Positions 58,492 to 64,000 of a stretch of DNA of 64,000 nucleotides are shown here, piece after piece. Made by a program: the position numbers and the translations under genes. Every line of letters begins with the position of its first letter. Position 1 is the stretch's first letter. Origin of the DNA: Octopus vulgaris (Eukaryota); assembly GCA_951406725.2 (NCBI GenBank), contig OX597827.1, positions 68,448,001 through 68,512,000 on the forward strand, written 5' to 3'. The notes below the pieces were generated by a model. That model was not told the DNA's origin. It did not search any database and worked only from the letters and a program-made list of their open reading frames with translations.

Positions 58492-59322
58492 CCCCCCTCT
58501 CCCCCTCCTCACCTATCCTTTCTCCCCCCGACCCCTACTTCTACAGTCCTTCATCCTTTCACCCCTACTCCCCTTCCCTTCTTCCCTCTTTCTCCCTCCC
58601 TCTTCCCCTTCCCTCTGCTCCCTCACTCCCTCTCTCCCCCTCTCCCTCTTTCCTCCTTCATCCCCCTCCTCCCCTTCCTTCTCCCCCATCCTCTCCTCTT
58701 CCCCCTTCTCCTCCCCCTCTTCTTCCCCTCCCCTTCTCTCCCCCTCTTCTCCCCCTCCCCTCTTCTCCTCACTACACCACATGACTTTACACATCACATC
58801 ATATATGATGTGCCATACTAATACACACACCAACTAATACATACTAATACGTACTAATACATACCAGTACATACTAATACTTACACCAACCCTATACATA
58901 CACACGTCCAGACCCCGCATACGCACTTATACTCTCTCACACACACACACACACCTATACATACCAATACGTACTAATACATACTAATACATACTAATAC
59001 ATACACCAACCCCATACATACGCACGTCCAGACCAATCTTACGCACTAATACTCTCTCATACACACACACACACACACACACACCCTTATACATACTAAT
59101 ACATACACCAACCCTATACATACACACATCCAGACCCCTCCCACGCACTTTTAGCTGGTCCCTCAACCCTTTTATCAACCCTATTATCTCCCCTTATTTC
59201 GCTCTCGCGTCTCATGTTTGATCTTTGACCTCTGGCCGAAATCAGATCGCCATGTTGATTCGTTAGCTACTGCACGCATTTTTTTTTCTCTCCTTCTTTC
59301 TGTGTTTTTCTCTCTCTGTGTA

Positions 59323-59360
59323 TCTTTCTGTTGAAGAGCGTAGGCTCGAAACGTTAAAGA
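59323..59360 (+). ncRNA. Minimal hammerhead motif in the PLE terminal repeat, A6U core
   Basis: TCTTT CTGTTGA A GAG CGTAGG CTC GAAA CG TT AAAGA. Confidence 0.7.
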
Positions 59361-59457
59361 CTTGTTTTATTTATATTTCCTGAGCGCCATACTAATACAA
59401 TTGTTCGTTTGTTTTCCACCTGCCTTCGTCTTTTGTTTATTTTCATAAAGCTTCCCG

Positions 59458-59526
<69 letters not shown>

Positions 59527-59996
59527 TACACACGCACACACGCAATAATTTTTATATACATATTGTAGTCACATGACAGGGGAATAATGAGAAGTATTTG
59601 CTTACAGCATCATTGTATGCGTTTCAATGACAAATGTATACTTACTACGTAAAAGTACGTTTACACAGTTTTTACTAGAAGCTTACTTCTGGAGAACTTA
59701 TACGCATAGCTAAATAATATATTTATATATGTAAATAATACTTTTATAATAAATAATACCTTTGAATATATTATAAACAAAATCATGAAAGAATTATTTT
59801 TAGGTGAGAAGACAGACGTAAGACAGAGGCATTAAAGACGTTTAGTGCGATTTACATATATTATTAATGACAGTTTCGTTCAGTCCCATGTGACTGGAAG
59901 TTTCGTAGGTTAACTGTTTGCTATTACCAAACCTATTTCTGTCTTCTTTTTCTAAATCTTTCTTTTTTCTTTGGTAGAGGCTGAACAATTTTGGAT

Positions 59997-60056
<60 letters not shown>

Positions 60057-60242
60057 GAGACAGAGAGACAGAGAGACAGAGAATTTAGTACGGTATTATC
60101 CGTTCAATTTGAAAATAAGATGATTAAAATCAAAATAAGCAACAAGGATATGCAGAGGTAATGCAGTACAATCGTTTCAAGCAACTCCGTTTAATTGAAC
60201 AATGCAATCATTACGCCAATTTAAATGCAGAGCAATCCTAAT

Positions 60243-60308
<66 letters not shown>

Positions 60309-60391
60309 GAAATTTGATTTAGTATTTCTAAATTAAATTTTTCCTGTAAGTTTGGAATATTATTTCCTATTATTATTATTATATGTATATA

Positions 60392-60580
60392 TATGATGAT
60401 GATATGATGGCCGTCCACTCGTGACCGAGGAAGACCATTGCCGACCTTCAGAAACATTGTGTGCTCTTGGCCTAACTTATATTTTGCATTTGCGGCTCGT
60501 TGGTGGCTAATGAGCCCTGCTCTTGACAAGCACACACGACTGTAAACATTGCAGACCAAGCTTTCCCCATTCACTATACG
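60392..60580 (-). mobile_element. RTE-clade LINE 3' end
   Basis: CNVYSRVCLSRAGLISHQR is a decayed C-terminal C2H2-like motif; short UTR followed by (CAT)n. Confidence 0.6.
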
Positions 60581-60670
60581 TATATACATATATGCATTTA
60601 TACATGTATATATACATATATATGTATATATATTTGTATATATATAGAGAGAGAGAAAGAGCGAGAGATG

Positions 60671-60761
<91 letters not shown>

Positions 60762-60874
60762 TCAGATTAATATGGTACTTAAGTTGAGGCACCGGAATTT
60801 AGTACGGTATTATCCGTACAATTTCAAAATAAGGTGATTAAAATCAAAATAAGTAACAAGGATATACAGAGGTA

Positions 60875-60962
60875 ATGCAGTACGATCGTTTCAAGCAACT
60901 CCATTTAATTGAACAATGCAATTAGTACATCAATTTAAATCCAGAGCAATCCTCGGCTGCAT
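60875..60962 (-). ncRNA. Hammerhead motif with long helix II and U4C core; truncated sister copy in 60081-60238
   Basis: ATGCAG CCGAGGA [~57 nt hairpin] GAAA CGATCG TA CTGCAT. Confidence 0.65.
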
Positions 60963-61326
60963 AAAGATATAGAATTTAATTAAATTAAAACAGATGGACA
61001 CATTAGTATAAGTTTACCTAAAATCTCCAAGAAGGAAAGGGGATAGACAGAGAACATGTTGTCTTCACTTAAGCTTATATATATATATATATATATGAAT
61101 ATAAGACGCAATATATAGGTTGAGTTAATCCGGTAGTACTCATAAAGGATTGTTTTGCATTTGGCATTAATACAGAATTATAAGTAATAGACTATTTACA
61201 TGCTTTTAAGTTACGAAACAATTTGTCGTGGTATTAGAATTTTCTCACTGTTCACTAAAATTTCATCAAGCTATCTTTTATCATTTATGTCCTTATATAT
61301 ATATGAGTGTGTGTGTGTGCGTATAC

Positions 61327-61394
<68 letters not shown>

Positions 61395-61490
61395 GTATAT
61401 ATACACATATATATCCGTGTATATGTAATTATATGTATGTATATATATATACATATATATATATACATATACATATAGATATATATATAC

Positions 61491-61552
<62 letters not shown>

Positions 61553-61561
61553 GTATGTATA

Positions 61562-61767
61562 TAAAGTTAATCCAAACATGAAAACACAAAGAGAAAACAC
61601 AACACTGCGAGGACGTGGAACAAGTACAGTGTTATTGGACGCTCAGGAAAGGAAAGAAAAAAGGAGGACTTAACGTTTCGAGCGGAGCTCTTCGTCAGAA
61701 ACATAGAAAAAGGAAAGATCCAAGGAAGGAAGACGGAGAAAGAAAATCACCAACGATACAAACGCGG

Positions 61768-61770
<3 letters not shown>
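61562..61770 (-). mobile_element. PLE terminal-repeat fragment of a related family with canonical hammerhead at 61669-61702
   Basis: GTTT CTGACGA A GAGC TCC GCTC GAAA CG TT AAG; downstream TTCCTGAGCG..AATA shared with 59.4 kb; (TA)n on both sides. Confidence 0.8.
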
Positions 61771-61852
<82 letters not shown>

Positions 61853-62102
61853 AGAGAAGATTAATATGAACAGTAGTCTCCAATGTTTTACCAGAAAGGA
61901 GAATTATAAAAATCACTAAATGCGACTAAGATGTTAGAGAACACCTACATTGCTAGAAATAAGAGCTAAAACGTTTTAATGCTGTAGTTTATGTGTGTGT
62001 GTGTGTGCGTGTGTATATATATATATATATATACACATACGCGCGCATGTGTGTGTACATTGTGTAATATACATATGTATGTGTGTGTGTATGTTATGTC
62101 TC

Positions 62103-62319
62103 TTTTACTCTTTTACTCTTTTACTTGTTTCAGTCATTTGACTGCGGCCATGCTGGAGCACCGCCTTTAGTCGAGCAATTCGACCCCGGGACTTATTCTT
62201 TGTAAGCCCAGTACTTATTCTATCGGTCTCTTTTGCTGAACCGCTAAGTAACGGGACGTAAACACACCACCATCGATTGTCAAGCAATGGTGGGGGGACA
62301 AACACGGACACACAAACAT

Positions 62320-62364
<45 letters not shown>

Positions 62365-62486
62365 TACGACGGGCTTCTTCCAGATTCCGTCTACCAAATC
62401 CACTCACGAGGTGCCACGCAGTGGGAATGAACCCGGAACCATGTGGTTGGTAAGTAAGCTACTTACCACACAGCCACTCCTGCGCC
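62103..62486 (-). mobile_element. SINE family A with internal deletion
   Basis: Reverse complement of family A. Confidence 0.9.
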
Positions 62487-62804
62487 TGTCATTTTTGTTT
62501 CAGAAAATGTTTTGACTAAATCAATATGATACGTAAAACGAAACATTACGCAATTCTCTCCATCTCTCCAGCTAAATTACACACACGCGCAGCTTTCATA
62601 TGAATAGCTTTACAGCATGTGTGCATATGAGTGCATACACATGTGTGCAGTGTATTGATGGCTATTGAAGTCACATTAATTTATAGAACAATCGAGAACC
62701 ATATTGAAGCCATTCACCGACGTTTTCTTTGTAATCCGTTTAATTGGTGTATATTGTTGGGTATTAATAGAGGTTAGCTGTTAGGCTTTGTATGTATGTG
62801 AATA

Positions 62805-62955
62805 TCTATTATATAAAATTCGTTCTGTCTGTCTTTGTGTGTGTGTCTTCTAGGATCTCGGGCATCCTCCATCTGATTGCACTCAAATTTGACATGTAGA
62901 TACCGACGGTATCAGAGCGTGTATAAGTCTTGAAAAAATTACGTCTGAATCGATT
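62805..62955 (+). mobile_element. Possible Helitron 5' end
   Basis: A|TCTATTATATAAAA followed by CTGTCTGTCT, like the 9-kb units; no 3' end seen. Confidence 0.4.
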
Positions 62956-63265
62956 AATTGATGAAGCTTAGTTTTTGATGAATTGAACGTCGCAAGCCAT
63001 CTCCTACCCCACTCAACAATAGATCGAAGATCATTCTCAAGGTTAGGAGCGATCTCAACCTTATCAGTCGAGTCGTCAGATTTGTCCAAACAAGAACACA
63101 AAGTAGAGTCATCAGCATAATGATCAGGCAGATCATTGATAAAAAGAAGAAAAAGAGTTGGGCCCAGGATAGATCCTTGGGGAACCCCAGCATTAATAGA
63201 ATAACTAGATGAAGATTGATCATCAAGAACAACCTTGATCCTACGGTTATAAAAGGAAAGAGGGT
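62955..63265 (-). pseudogene. LINE reverse transcriptase fragment (CR1/L2/Jockey group)
   Basis: GVPQGSILGPTLFLLFINDL, YADD and FNSSKTK motifs with an internal deletion. Confidence 0.9.
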
Positions 63266-63341
63266 GAAAACTGCTTAGCATTTTGTCCGGCATGCTAACG
63301 ATTCTGCCAGCTCGCGGCCTTAACTTCTGTAAATAATAATG

Positions 63342-63406
<65 letters not shown>

Positions 63407-63410
<4 letters not shown>

Positions 63411-63662
63411 TGTTTGTTTTAAACCTTGAGATTACATAGAACGCAAAATACTTTCTATGTAATCTCAAGGTTTAAAACAAACATTTTTTAAAAAACTTAT
63501 TTATTAGACATTCACTAGTACAACACCAAAAATACCCCAAATATATGGCACACTAGGCATAACAACAACGTGAACTTCCAACCTGTTGTCTCTTGAGGTC
63601 TCTGGGTGAGACTTGGAGCCAACTTGTACAAAAATAAAGCAAAAGTCAAACATAGAATAATA
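63407..63662 (+). mobile_element. Probable R4/Dong-like LINE 3' end next to (TAA)n, with a 35-bp 5' inversion
   Basis: RKILSM* at 63442-63462, then UTR ending AATAATAA; perfect arms 63407-63441 / 63453-63487; clade call is recall-based. Confidence 0.45.
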
Positions 63663-63857
63663 ATATATTATTATAAGCTTAAAACTTATAAGCGATCACC
63701 ATATATTGACTAAAGAAAATACATATTGAGAAAATAGATATTGAGGCATATAAGCCCTCAACGAAAAAGAAGTGGGTTCTCCGTACGGTTTTCTGTTTTC
63801 GCGACAAGTGCGCACTTTTGTTTTCTTGTGCGACAATTATCATCTGCAACGATGTGA

Positions 63858-63985
63858 GTGAAAGTGCATGGTCTGGTTGTTAGTGTGTTGCACTCATGAT
63901 CGCAAGCTTCTAGTTTCGATTCCCAGTTTGGCGTTATGATCTTGAGCCAAGCACTTCATTTTACTTGGCTCCAGTCAACTCACTC
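63858..63985 (+). mobile_element. Decayed SINE family C head
   Basis: GTTTCGATTCCC B box and CTTGAGCCAAGCACTT CORE-like block. Confidence 0.6.
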
Positions 63986-64000
63986 ATAAAAGGATTAACC

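Larger units (their letters stand above)
56844..59460 (+). mobile_element. 5'-truncated Penelope-like retroelement (Neptune type) in a TA/TACA microsatellite
   Basis: RT-linker-GIY-YIG coding region, polypyrimidine tract, 3' terminal repeat with hammerhead motif; microsatellite at both ends. Confidence 0.92.

Noticed and set aside
57974-58833. Minus-strand Gly/Glu-rich ORFs
   Set aside because: Antisense shadow of the C-rich PLE strand

Overview
AT-rich eukaryotic intergenic or intronic DNA saturated with microsatellites ((TA)n, (CA)n, (TACA)n, (GATA)n, (ATT)n). The repeat landscape suggests an octopus (coleoid cephalopod) genome; this is an inference. No intact host gene is supported, and almost all ORFs in the track are microsatellite translations. 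The window holds three families of tRNA-derived SINEs and a 5'-truncated Neptune-type Penelope-like retroelement (RT + GIY-YIG, 56.8-59.5 kb). It also has fragments of CR1-like, Tx1/L1, RTE and probably R4/Dong LINEs, mariner and hAT remnants, and a head-to-tail trimer of a non-autonomous Helitron. The most striking hidden layer is about a dozen minimal type I hammerhead-ribozyme motifs from several unrelated short elements sitting in (TA)n tracts. Several lie in foldback (inverted-repeat) structures. They carry non-canonical cores (A6U, U3-A8, U4C), and their palindromic helix III implies dimeric cleavage. Two SINE-LINE tail partnerships are visible inside the window. All alignments and folds were done by eye, and boundaries are approximate unless stated.
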